Assembly: GCA_964016885.1 (NCBI GenBank) | Contig: OZ024744.1 | Coordinates: 41,850,001 to 41,914,000, forward strand | Direction of reading: 5' to 3' | Length of the DNA: 64,000 nucleotides | Origin: Eledone cirrhosa | Taxonomy: Eukaryota | Part shown: positions 41,001 to 53,009 of the stretch, piece after piece | Position numbering within the stretch: the stretch's first letter is position 1 | How the letters are laid out: every line of letters begins with the position of its first letter | Notes under the pieces: model-generated | What the model was told of the DNA's origin: nothing | What the model saw: only the letters and a program-made list of their open reading frames with translations | Databases searched by the model: none | Translations under genes and position numbers: made by a program

Positions 41001-44000
41001 AGGGTATTAGATAAGGGTATTAGATAAGTCTCATGAGTATTAGATAAGGGTATTAGATAAGTCTCAAGCGTATTAGATAGGGGTATTAGATCAGTCTCAT
41101 AATCATTAGATAAGGGTATTAGATCAGTCTCATGAGTATTAGATAAGGGTATTAGATCACTCTATTGACTATTAGATAAGGGTATTAGATAAGTCTCATG
41201 AGTATTAGATAAGGGTATTAGATAAGTCTCATAAGTATTAGATAAGGGTATTAGATAAGTCTCATGAGTATTAGATAAGGGTATTAGATAAGTCTCGTGA
41301 GTATTACATAAGGGTATTAGATAAGTCTCATGAGTATTAGATTAGGGTATTAGATAAGTCTCATGAGTATTAGATACGGGTATTAGATCAGTCTCATGAC
41401 TATTAGATAAGGGTAGTAGATAAGTCTCATGAGTATTAGATAAGGGTATTAGATAAGTCTCATGCGTATTAGATAAGGGTTTTTAGATCAGTCTCATGAG
41501 TATTAGATAAGGGTATTAGATAAGTCTCATGAGTATTAGATAAGGGTATTAGATCAGTCTGATGAGTATTAGATAAGGGCATTAGATAAGTCGCATGAGT
41601 ATTAGATAAGGGTATTGGATCAGTCTTATGAGTATTAGATAAGGGTATTAGATAAGTCTCACTAATATTAGATAAGGGTATTAGATAAGTCTCATGACTA
41701 TTAGATAAGGGTATTAGATCAGTCTCATGACTATTAGATAAGGGTGTTAGATCAGTCTCATGACTATAAGATAAGGGTATTAGATAAGTCTCATGAGTAT
41801 TAGATAAGGGTATTAGATAAGTCTCATGAGTATTAGATAAGGGTATTAGATAAGTCTCATGAGTATTAGATAAGGATATTAGATAAGTCACAGGAGTATT
41901 AGATAAGGGTATTAGATAAGTCTCATGAGTATTAGATAAGGGTATTAGATAAGTCTCATGAGTATTAGATAAGGGTATTAGATCAGTCTGATGAGTATTA
42001 GATAAGGGTATTAGATAAGTCTCATGAGTATTAGATAAGGGTATTAGATCAGTCTTATGAGTGTTAGATAAGGGTATTAGATAAGTCTCACTAATATTAG
42101 ATAAGGGTATTAGATAAGTCTCATGACTATTAGATAAGGGTATTAGATCAGTCTCATGACTATTAGATAAGGGTATTAGATCAGTCTCATGACTATAAGT
42201 TAAGGGTATTAGATAAGTCTCATGAGTATTAGATAAGGGTATTAGATAAGTCTCATGAGTATTAGATAAGGGTATTAGATAAGTCTCATGAGTATTAGAT
42301 AAGGGTATTAGATAAGTCTCATGAGTATTAGATAAGGGTATTAGATAAGTCTCAAGCGTATTAGATAAGGGTATTAGATCAGTCTCATAATCATTAGATA
42401 AGGGTATTAGATCAGTCTCATAATCATTAGATAAGGGTATTAGATCAGTCTCATGAGTATTAGATAAGGGTATTAGATCAGTCTATTGACTATTAGATAA
42501 GGGTATTAGATAAGTCTCATGAGTATTAGATAAGGGTATTAGATAAGTCTCATAAGTATTAGATAAGGGTATTAGATAAGTCTCATGAGTATTAGATAAG
42601 GGTATTAGATAAGTCTCGTGAGTATTACATAAGGGTATTAGATAAGTCTCATGAGTATTAGATTAGGGTATTAGATAAGTCTCATGAGTATTAGATAAGG
42701 GTATTAGATCAGTCTCATGACTATTAGATAAGGGTAGTAGATAAGTCTCATGAGTATTAGATAAGGGTATTAGATAAGTCTCATGCGTATTAGATAAGGG
42801 TTTTTAGATCAGTCTCATGAGTATTAGATAAGGGTATTAGATAAGTCTCATGAGTATTAGATAAGGGTATTAGATCAGTCTGATGAGTATTAGATAAGGG
42901 TATTAGATAAGTCTCATGAGTATTAGATAAGGGTATTAGATCAGTCTTATGAGTATTAGATAAGGGTATTAGATAAGTCTCACTAATATTAGATAAGGGT
43001 ATTAGATAAGTCTCATGACTATTAGATAAGGGTATTAGATCAGTCTGATGAGTATTAGATAAGGGTATTAGATAAGTCTCATGAGTATTAGATGAGGGTA
43101 TTAGATCAGTCTTATGAGTATTAGATAAGTGTATTAGATAATTCTCACTAATATTAGATAAGGGTATTAGATAAGTCTCATGATTATTAGATAAGGGTAT
43201 TAGATAAGTCTCATGAGTATTAGATTAGGGTATTAGATAAGTCTCATGAGTATTATATGAGGGTATTAGATAAATCTCATGAGTATTAGATTAGGGTATT
43301 AGATAAGTCTCATGACTATTACATAAGGGTAGTAGATAAGTCTCATGAGTATTAGATAAGGGTATTAGATAAGTCCCATGAGTATTAGATAAGGGTATTA
43401 GATAAGTCTCATGAGTATTAGATAAGGGTATTAGATAAGTCTCATAAGTATTAGATAAGGGTATTAGATAATTCTCATGAGTATTAGATAAGGGTATTAG
43501 ATAAGTCTCATGAGTATTACATAAGGGTATTAGATCAGTCTCATGAGTATTAGATAAGGGTATTAGATAAGTCTCATGTGTATTAGATAAGGGTATTAGA
43601 TCAGTCTCATGAGTATTAGATAAGGGTATTAGATAAGTCCCATGACTATTAGATAAGGGTATTAGATCAGTCTCATGACTATTAGATAAGGGTAGTAGAT
43701 AAGTCTCACTAATATTAGATAAGGGTATTAGATAAGTCTCATGAATATTAGATAAGGGTATTAGATCAGTCTCATGAGCATTAGATAAGGGTATTAGATC
43801 AATCTCATGAGTATTAGATAAGGGTATTAGATAAGTCTCATGACTATTAGATAAGGGTATTAGATTAGTCTCATGAGTATTAGATAAGGGTATTAGATTA
43901 GTCTCATGAGTATTAGATGAGGGTATTAGATAAGTCTCATGAGTATTATATAAGGGTATTAGATAAGTGTCATGAGTATTAGATTAGGTTATTACATAAG

Positions 44001-47000
44001 TCTCATGTGTATTAGATTAGGGTATTAGATAAGTCTCATGAGTATAAGATAAGGGTATTAGATCAGTCTCATGACTATTAGATAAGGGTATTAGACAAGT
44101 CTCATGAGTATAAGATAAGGGTATTAGAAAAGTCTCATGAGTATTAGATAAGGGTATTAGATAAGTCTCATGAGTATTAGATAAAGGTATTAGATAAGTC
44201 TCATGAGTATTAGATAAGGGTATTAGATAAGTCTCATGAGTATTAGATAAGGGTATTAGATAAATCTCATGAGTATTAGATGAGCGTATTAGATCAGTCT
44301 CATTAGTATTAGATAAAGGTATTAGACAAGTCTCATGAGTATAAGATAAGGGTATTAGAAAAGTTTCATGAGTATTAGATTAGGGTATTAGATAAGTCTC
44401 ATGAGTATTAGATGAGGGTATTAGATCAGTATCATTAGTATTAGATAAGGGTATTAGATAAATCTCATGAGTATAAGATAAGGGTATTAGATCAGTCTCA
44501 TGACTATTAGATAAGGGTAATAGACAAGTCTAATGAGTATAAGATAAGGGTATTAGTAAAGTCTCATAAGTATTAGATAAGGGTATTAGATAAGGGTATT
44601 AGATAAGGGTATTAGATAAGAGTATTAGATAAGTCTCATGAATATTAGATAAGGGTATTAGATCAGTCTCATGAGTAGTAGATAAGGATATTAGATAAGT
44701 CACATGAGTATTAGATAGGGGTATTATATCAGTCTCATGAGTATTAGATAAGGGTATTAGATAAGTTTCATGAGTATTAGATAAGGGTATTAGATCAGTC
44801 TCATAAGTATTAGATAACGGTATTAGATAATTCTCATGAGTATTAGATAAGGGTATTAGATAAGTCTCACGAGTATTAGATAAGGGTATTAGATAAGTCT
44901 CATGAGTATTAGATAAGGGTATTAGATAAGGGTATTAGATAAGTCTCATGAGTATTAGATAAGGGTATTAGATAAGTCTCATGAGTATTAGATAAGGGTA
45001 TTAGATAAGTCTCATGAGTATTAGATAAGGGTATTAGATAAGTCTCATGAGTATTAGATAGGGGTATTATATCAGTCTCATGAGTATTAGATAAGGGTAT
45101 TAGATAAGTCTCATGAGTATTAGATAAGGGTATTACATAAGTCTCATGAGTATTAGATAAGGGTATTAGATAAGTCTCATGAGTATTAGATAGGGGTATT
45201 ATATCAGTCTCATGAGTATTAGATAAGGATATTAGATCAGTCTCATAAGTATTAGATAACGGTAGTAGATAAGTCTCATGAGTATTAGATAAGGGTGTTA
45301 GATAAGTCCCATGAGTATTAGATGTGGGTATGTGATAAATCTAATGAGTATAAGATAAGGGTATTAGATAAGTCTCATGAGTATTAGATTAGGGTATTAG
45401 ATAAGTCTCATGAGTATTAGATGAGGGTATTAGATCAGTCATTAGTATTAGATAGGGGTATTAGATAAATCTCATGTGTATAATATAAGGGTATTGGATA
45501 AGTCTGATGAGTATTAGATAAGGGTAATAGATCAGTCTCATGAGTATTAGATAAGGGTATTAGATCAGTCTCATGACTATTAGATAAGGGTATTAGATAA
45601 GTCTCATGAGTATTAGATAAGGGTATTAGATAAGTCTCAAGACTATTACATAAGGGTATTAGATAAGTCTCATGAGTATTAGATAAGGGTATTAGATAAG
45701 TCTCATGAGTATTAGATAAGGGTATTAGATAAGTCTCATGACTATTAGATAAGTCTCTTGAGTAGTAGATAAGGGTATTAGATCAGTCTAATGAGAATTA
45801 GATAAGGGTATTAGATAATCCCCATGAGTATTAGATAAGGGTAGTAGATCAGTCTCATGAGTATTAGATAAGGGTATTAGATAAGTCTCATGAGTATTAC
45901 ATAAGGGTATTAGATAAGTCTCATGAGTATTAGATAAGGGTATTAGATAAGTCTCATGTGTAATAGATAAGACTATTAGATCAGTCTCATGTGAATTAGA
46001 TAAGGGTATTAGATAATTCCCATGAGTATTAGATAAGGGTAGTAGATAAGTCTCATGAGTATTAGATAAGGGTATTAGATAAGTCCCATGAATATTAGAT
46101 GAGGGTATTAGATAAATCTCATGAGTATAAGATAAGGATATTAGATAAGTCTCATGAGTATTAGATAAGGGTATTAGATCAGTCTCATGAGTATTAGATA
46201 AGGGTATTAGATAAGTCTCATGAGTATTAGATAAGGGTATTAGACAAGTCTCATGAGTATAAGATAAGGGTTTTAGAAAAGTCTCATGACTATTAGATAA
46301 GGGTATTAGACAAGTCTCATGAGTATAAGATAAGGGTATTAGAAAAGTCTCATGAGTATTAGATAAGGGTATTAGATAAGTCTCATGAGTATTAGATAAG
46401 GGTATTAGATAAGTCTCATGAGTATTAGATAAGGGTATTAGATAAGTCTCATGAGTATTAGATAAGGGTATTAGATAAATCTCATGAGTATTAGATGAGC
46501 GTATTAGATCAGTCTCATTAGTATTAGATAAAGGTATTAGACAAGTCTCATGAGTATAAGATAAGGGTATTAGAAAAGTTTCATGAGTATTAGATTAGGG
46601 TATTAGATAAGTCTCATGAGTATTAGATGAGGGTATTAGATCAGTATCATTAGTATTAGATAAGGGTATTAGATAAATCTCATGAGTATAAGATAAGGGT
46701 ATTAGATCAGTCTCATGACTATTAGATAAGGGTAATAGACAAGTCTCATGAGTATAAGATAAGGGTATTAGTAAAGTCTCATAAGTATTAGATAAGGGTA
46801 TTAGATACGTCTCGTGAGTATTAGATAAGGGTATTAGATAAGGGTATTAGATAAGAGTATTAGATAAGTCTCATGAATATTAGATAAGGGTATTAGATCA
46901 GTCTCATGAGTAGTAGATAAGGATATTAGATAAGTCACATGAGTATTAGATAGGGGTATTATATCAGTCTCATGAGTATTAGATAAGGGTATTAGATAAG

Positions 47001-49457
47001 TTTCATGAGTATTAGATAAGGGTATTAGATCAGTCTCATAAGTATTAGATAACGGTATTAGATAATTCTCATGAGTATTAGATAAGGGTATTAGATAAGT
47101 CTCATGAGTATTAGATAAGGGTATTAGATAAGTCTCATGAGTATTAGATAAGGGTATTAGATAAGGGTATTAGATAAGTCTCATGAGTATTAGATAAGGG
47201 TATTAGATAAGTCTCATGAGTATTAGATAAGGGTATTAGATAAGTCTCATGAGTATTAGATAAGGGTATTAGATAAGTCTCATGAGTATTAGATAGGGGT
47301 ATTATATCAGTCTCATGAGTATTAGATAAGGGTATTAGATAAGTCTCATGAGTATTAGATAAGGGTATTACATAAGTCTCATGAGTATTAGATAAGGGTA
47401 TTAGATAAGTCTCATGAGTATTAGATAGGGGTATTATATCAGTCTCATGAGTATTAGATAAGGGTATTAGATAAGTCTCATGAGTATTACATAAGGGTAT
47501 TAGATAAGTCTCATGAGTATTAGATAAGGGTATTAGATAAGTCTCATGACTATTAGATAAGGGTATTAGATAAGTCTCATGACTATTAGATAAGGGTATT
47601 AGACAAGTCTCATGAGTATAAGATAAGGGTATTAGAAAAGTCTCATGTGAATTAGATAAGGGTATTAGATAATTCCCATGAGTATTAGATAAGGGTAGTA
47701 GATAAGTCTCATGAGTATTAGATAAGGGTATTAGATAAGTCCCATGAATATTAGATGAGGGTATTAGATCAGTCTCATGAGTATTAGATAAGGGTATTAG
47801 ATAAGTCTCATGAGTATTAGATAAGGGTATTAGACAAGTCTCATGAGTATAAGATAAGGGTTTTAGAAAAGTCTCATGACTATTAGATAAGGGTATTAGA
47901 CAAGTCTCATGAGTATAAGATAAGGGTATTAGAAAAGTCTCATAAGTATTAGATAAGGGTATTAGATACGTCTCGTGAATATCAGATAAGGGTATTAGAT
48001 AAGTCTCGTGACTATTAGATAAAGGTATTAGATAAGTCTCATGAGAATCAGATTAGGGTATTAGATAAGTCTCATGAGTATTAGATAAGGGTATTGGATA
48101 AGTCTCATGAGTATTAGATAAGGGTATTAGATAAGTCTCGTGAGTATCAGATAAGGGTATTAGATAAGTCTCGTGACTATTAGATAAGGGTATTAGATAA
48201 GTCTCATGAGTATTAGATAAGGGTATTAGATACGTCTCATGAGAATTATATTAGGGTATTAGATAAGTCTCATAAGTATTAGATGAGGGTATTAGATAAA
48301 TCTCATGAGTATAAGATAAGGGTATTGGATAAGTCTCATGAGTATTAGATAAGGGTATTAGATCAGTCTCATGAGTATTAGATAAGGGTATTAGATAAGT
48401 CTCATGATTATTAGATAAGGGTATTAGATAAGTCTCATGCGTATTAGATAAGGGTTTTAGATAAGTCTCATGAGTATTAAATAAGGGTATTAGATCAGTC
48501 TCATGAGTATTAGATAAGGGTATTAGATCAGTCTCATGACTATTAGATAAGGGTATTAGATAAGTCTCATGAGTATTAGATAAGGGTATTAGAGAAGTCT
48601 CATGAGTATTAGATAAGGGTATTACATCAGTCTCATGAGTATTAGATAAGGGTATTAGATAAGTCTCATGAGTAATACATAAGGGTATTAGATAAGTCTC
48701 ATGAGTATTAGATAAGGGTAATAGATAAGTCTCATGTGTATTAGATAAGACTATTAGATCAGTCTCATGAGAATTAGATAAGGGTATTAGATAATTCCCA
48801 TGAGTATTAAATAAGGGTAGTTGATAAGTCTCATGAGTATTAGATAAGGGTATTAGATAAGTCTCATGAGTATTAGATGAGGATATTAGATCAGTCATTA
48901 GTATTAGATAGGGGTATTAGATAAATCTCATGTGTATAATATAAGGGTATTGGATAAGTCTCATGAGTATTAGATAAGGGTATTAGATCAGTCTCATGAG
49001 TATTATATAAGTCTCATGAGTATTAGATAAGGGTAATAGATCAGTCTCATGAGTATTAGATAAGGGTATTAGATCAGTCTCATGAATATTAGATAAGGGT
49101 ATTAGATAAGTCTCATGAGTATTAGATAAGGGTATTAGATAAGTCTCAAGACTATTACATAAGGGTATTAGATAAGTCTCATGAGTATTAGATAAGGGTA
49201 TTAGATAAGTCTCATGAGTATTAGATAAGGGTATTAGATCAGTCTGATGACTATTAGATAAGGGTATTAGATAAGTCTCTTGAGTAGTAGATAAGGGTAT
49301 TAGATCAGTCCAATGAGAATTAGATAAGGGTATTAGATAACTCTCATGAGTATTAGATAAGGGTATTAGATAAGTCTCATGTGTATTAGATAAGACTATT
49401 AGATCAGTCTCATGAGAATTAGATAAGGGTATTAGATAATTCCCATGAGTATTAGAT
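8031..49457 (+). repeat. 33-bp tandem satellite array, ~41.4 kb (~1,250 units), with higher-order repeats
   Basis: Consensus GAGTATTAGATAAGGGTATTAGATAAGTCTCAT = 13+13+7 bp (GTATTAGATAAGG, GTATTAGATAAGT, CTCATGA). A common variant is GATAAGT>GATCAGT; occasional 13-, 20- and 36-bp units occur. No non-repeat insertion was seen. Confidence 0.99.
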
Positions 49458-52400
49458 ATGTTTCTTTTATTTGCCACAAGGGCATCAAAAGTGGGACAAG
49501 TACAATGGGGGGAGTTTACAAAACAAGGCTTCCTCACTAGGGAGGAGGCAATAACAATATATAAAAATAAAATAAAATATAACAAAAAATAGAATTATAA
49601 CAAAATCCTCAATAGAGGATTTTGTTATAAAATATAACAAAAAATAAAATTTATTAGAAAATCCTCAATAGAGAGGAGGCGCCTTGGGGGGTCGCACACA
49701 CCCCCGAAAAAAGTGTGCAACCCTTTTCCTCAGGAGCACAGAGAGGGGGTGCTCCCTCGTTCCTTCCTCTTTTCCACCTACAGGCTCATGTAAAGAGAAG
49801 GCCCATTCACACGGGCCATTCTCGCCACTTTCACCCACCTTTCATAAAAACGACTGGGGTGCAGCACCTCTCTCTCCATCCTGATCCTTCTTCCGAAATG
49901 ATATCGGAAGAAACGGACCAGTTGTTGGCCAGAGAGAAAGGTGCCTGACCTCAGTCCTTTCAGACGCGTCCACCATACAACCTCTTTCGCCATGGCTATT
50001 ATGCACAGAAACACCGCCTCTGCTTCATCTTTGAAGGGGGGAGGCGGCTTGAACATTACAATAGACTCGGTGGTCAACCGGATCGGTCCCACCCTTGACA
50101 GCAGTTGTTCGACATAGCCCCACAGATCGGCTACGCCCGAGCAGTGTACCAATGCGTGTGCAACGGTTTCCTCGTCGCACACGCATCTGGGACAGATCTT
50201 TTTGGCGGGGTCCCTACCCGGGCGCCCGTGTCTGTAGAGCCTTTCTCGAACGGGTAAAGCTCCTCGGTAGCACTGCCAGGCCAGGGACTTCTGGAAGCTG
50301 TCCATGGGTCCCGGGCTGAATGTCCTACGGAACAGGCCGGCCAGTTCGTCCTCCTCCATGTCTAGGGCTTCTCCGAGGGCGTCGTCGCACCTGCTGCGTA
50401 CCAGCCCTCTAAAGAATGTTGCGCTGGAGTCTCCACTGATAACCGGATCCGTCTGCCAGAGGGCGGTGAGCGCCTGGGCACACTCAGTGTGCCAGGCGCC
50501 CAGTTTTCTCGGTCTTTGCTTGACCCAGGATTGCAGCTCGGTGAGTGAGACGAGTCTGGGAAAGGTTCGTCTCACAAACGAGGCCCACACCGGTTGTCCG
50601 GTGAGGAATACGTAGAGGTGCCGTAGCCTTAATGCGTGTTTACGCATCATTAGCCACGGCATCCCCAGCCCTCCTTTCGAAGGGTGTTGACAGCAGATGG
50701 ATCTCCTCACCATAGGAGCCCGCCTCTTCCAAAGGAATTGGAAGAGCGCGCGCTCCATCTTGGTGAGGGTTTCCCTTGGGCAGGGCACTACGGTCAGGCG
50801 GTAGTAGATGACGGACGCTATGTAGGTGTTCGCCACCTCCGCCCGACCTTTCAGGGATAGTTTGCAACTGGCCACTTCTGGGTCAGTGCAAACACCCTGT
50901 TCGTAACCTCTGCCCAGTTTTTCTCCACCTGGAGGTCCGGTCCGAACCAGACCCCGAGCAACTTCACCGGGCCCTCCGTCCAGCGTCCGACGACGCCATC
51001 GGAGGGCATCGGTCTGCCCCTCCACGTGCCGAGTTGCAAACCGATCGACTTGTCCCGGTTCAGCTTAGCCCCTGTGAACTTTTCGTACTCCTCCAGTAAG
51101 GTGCCGACCGCCTCGATTTCGGAGGCCGTCGACACCATTACTGTCACGTCATCGGCGTAGGCCGACACCGCTTTCCGCAATCCCGGTTCCAAAGGGATGC
51201 CCTGCAACAACTCCAACTTCCGCAGTAGTGGCTCGAGAGTCAACACATACAGAAGGGAGGAGAGAGGGCACCCTTGTCGGATGGACCGCGCGATTTTGAA
51301 CGGCTCCGAGAGGTAGCCGTTCACCTTGACCCTAGAGCAGATGCGGCTGCTGTGCATAGCAGTGATCCAGCCCCTGAAAACGGGTCCGAAGCCTGCCGCC
51401 GCTAGCACCGCATGCAGGTAACCATGGTCGACCCTATCGAACGCCTTAGATTGATCCAAGTTGATCAGAGCCCCACCAAAGCCGGGTTCGTTCCCAACCC
51501 TCTCTATGATGTATCGCATGAGGTGGAGGTTGTCATGGATGGACCTGGACGGGATAGTGCATGTCTGCGCATCTCCCACCAGGTTGCCCACGACAAGCGC
51601 CAACCTCTTTGCTAGCACCTTGGCCAAAATCTGTAACTCTGTATTTAGCAGAGTTATGGGCCTGAAGTTACTTATTTCGTCCCCCTTGTTCTCGTCCTTC
51701 CTCACTAGCGTGACTACGCCCTTGGTCACAGTACAGGGAATTCTCCCGTTCTGTTGCCAGTTGCAGTAGACCGCCTCGAGGAGATCGGGGAACAAGTCCG
51801 GCATAGCTAGATATAATTCGTAAGGAAGACCATCGAGACCCGGGGATTTGCGTTTGCCGCATTGGCTCAGCACGTCCTCTATCTCAGCGGCCGAAATCGG
51901 CTCCTCGCAGGACTTCGCCTCCCTGTCCGAGAGGCGCGGCAGGCCGTCGAGGTATGGACCGAAGTCCACGTTCCCAACCGGCTCCCCGCCCCTCCCGAAC
52001 AGTCGGCAAAGTGCCTTTGAAAGGCCTCACACATCTGCTTAGGCTCAAGAATCGCCCGTCCATCCAGGTCTCGCAAAGACCGGATGGTGGATTTAGTTCC
52101 ACTGTTGGCCTCTGTCACGCGGGCCCAGCTAACAGCTTTGGTCCCCTCGTTCCCTAGAGCACGTATTTTACTTCGGACAACGCAGCCTTCGTGCTTCGCG
52201 TCGAAAAACTGGCTCAAAGCCGTTCTCGACGCTAGCACTCTGGCCACGTCGCCGCTTCTAATTGCCTCTTCTACTCTATCTATTAGCTCCCTTTCCTTCT
52301 TATTCCTATCCGCAGCTAGAACCTTACTAAATTCTATCGAGACTACTCTAATCTCTCTCTTTAGAGATACCCACCACCTGCTGTTGACGATCGCTCCAGT

Positions 52401-52571
52401 CAACCGTTCCTTAACTAACGTACTAATCCGATTCCTGTAGGCTCTACTTGCCGGCAAGGACAAGTTGAGCTTCCAGTAACCGGGGCCCTGTCTATGAGTT
52501 CTGTCAAGGTTGACCATGCAGGTCACTAATTTGTGGTCTGAATAGCCAACCATGCGCATTTTTGGACAACT
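49458..52571 (-). mobile_element. Tx1/L1-clade LINE, 5'-truncated; ORF2 (end of APE endonuclease, RT, CCHC) with two frameshifts, plus ~320-bp 3'UTR
   Basis: Motifs GYSDHKLV and GPGYWKLN (APE end), KSPGLDGLPYE, FRPITLLN, LDQSKAFDRVDH, IRQGCPLS, AYADDV, CPRC..ETVAHALVHC. Frames switch near 52005 and 50872; stop at 49778. Markedly GC- and CpG-rich compared with its flanks. Confidence 0.92.
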
Positions 52572-52577
52572 TAAAAA

Positions 52578-52812
52578 AGATAGATAGATAGACAGGTAAT
52601 GATAGACACAAAAACAACCACAACAACAACAAAAACAAGAAACATAATAATAAAAGTAACAACCACATTGGTAGAAATAAGAGTAATAACAACAATAACA
52701 ATAGAGAAAACAACGACAATACATCTAACAATCATAACAATAATAATAATATTAATGGTAGGAACAGCAACCATAATAACAATAATAGCAACACACACAA
52801 CTATGACGATAG
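52578..52812. repeat. Short (GATA)n plus degenerate (AAC/AAT)n low-complexity tract
   Basis: GATAGATAGATAGA followed by imperfect ACA/ATA triplets. Confidence 0.8.
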
Positions 52813-52816
52813 ATAT

Positions 52817-53002
52817 AATTGTTTCTACTTTTTGGCACAAGGCCAGCAATTATTCAGTACATTACTGGTACTTTATTCTATTGACCCTGTAAGGATGAAA
52901 GGCAAAGTTAACCTCGGCGGGATTTGAATTCAGACCCTAAAGGGACGTAACTATGCTGGAAAGCATGGTGTCCGACTCTCTACCGATTCTGCCAATCAAC
53001 CC
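52817..53002 (-). mobile_element. tRNA-derived SINE
   Basis: Same family as 1366-1549 along its full length. Confidence 0.88.
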
Positions 53003-53009
53003 CTTAGAG

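Noticed and set aside
8238-48898. ETYLIPLSNTH-repeat ORFs as genes
   Set aside because: A by-product of a 33-bp unit. Starts are chance variants, mostly non-ATG, and stops and frameshifts are frequent.
7261-49457. CRISPR array
   Set aside because: Units are contiguous with no unique spacers, there are no cas genes, and the context is eukaryotic.
8031-49457. Telomeric repeat (TTAGGG appears in the GATTAGGG variant; consensus TAAGGG)
   Set aside because: Only isolated hexamers inside 33-bp units, never tandem, and the array is flanked by TEs on both sides.
48983-49585. ORF with a signal-peptide-like N-terminus fused to satellite repeats
   Set aside because: It starts at TTG in the T-rich LINE 3'UTR; the hydrophobicity reflects base composition.
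49684-52440. Plus-strand ORFs over the LINE
   Set aside because: Antisense shadows of a GC-rich ORF2 with no recognisable motifs.
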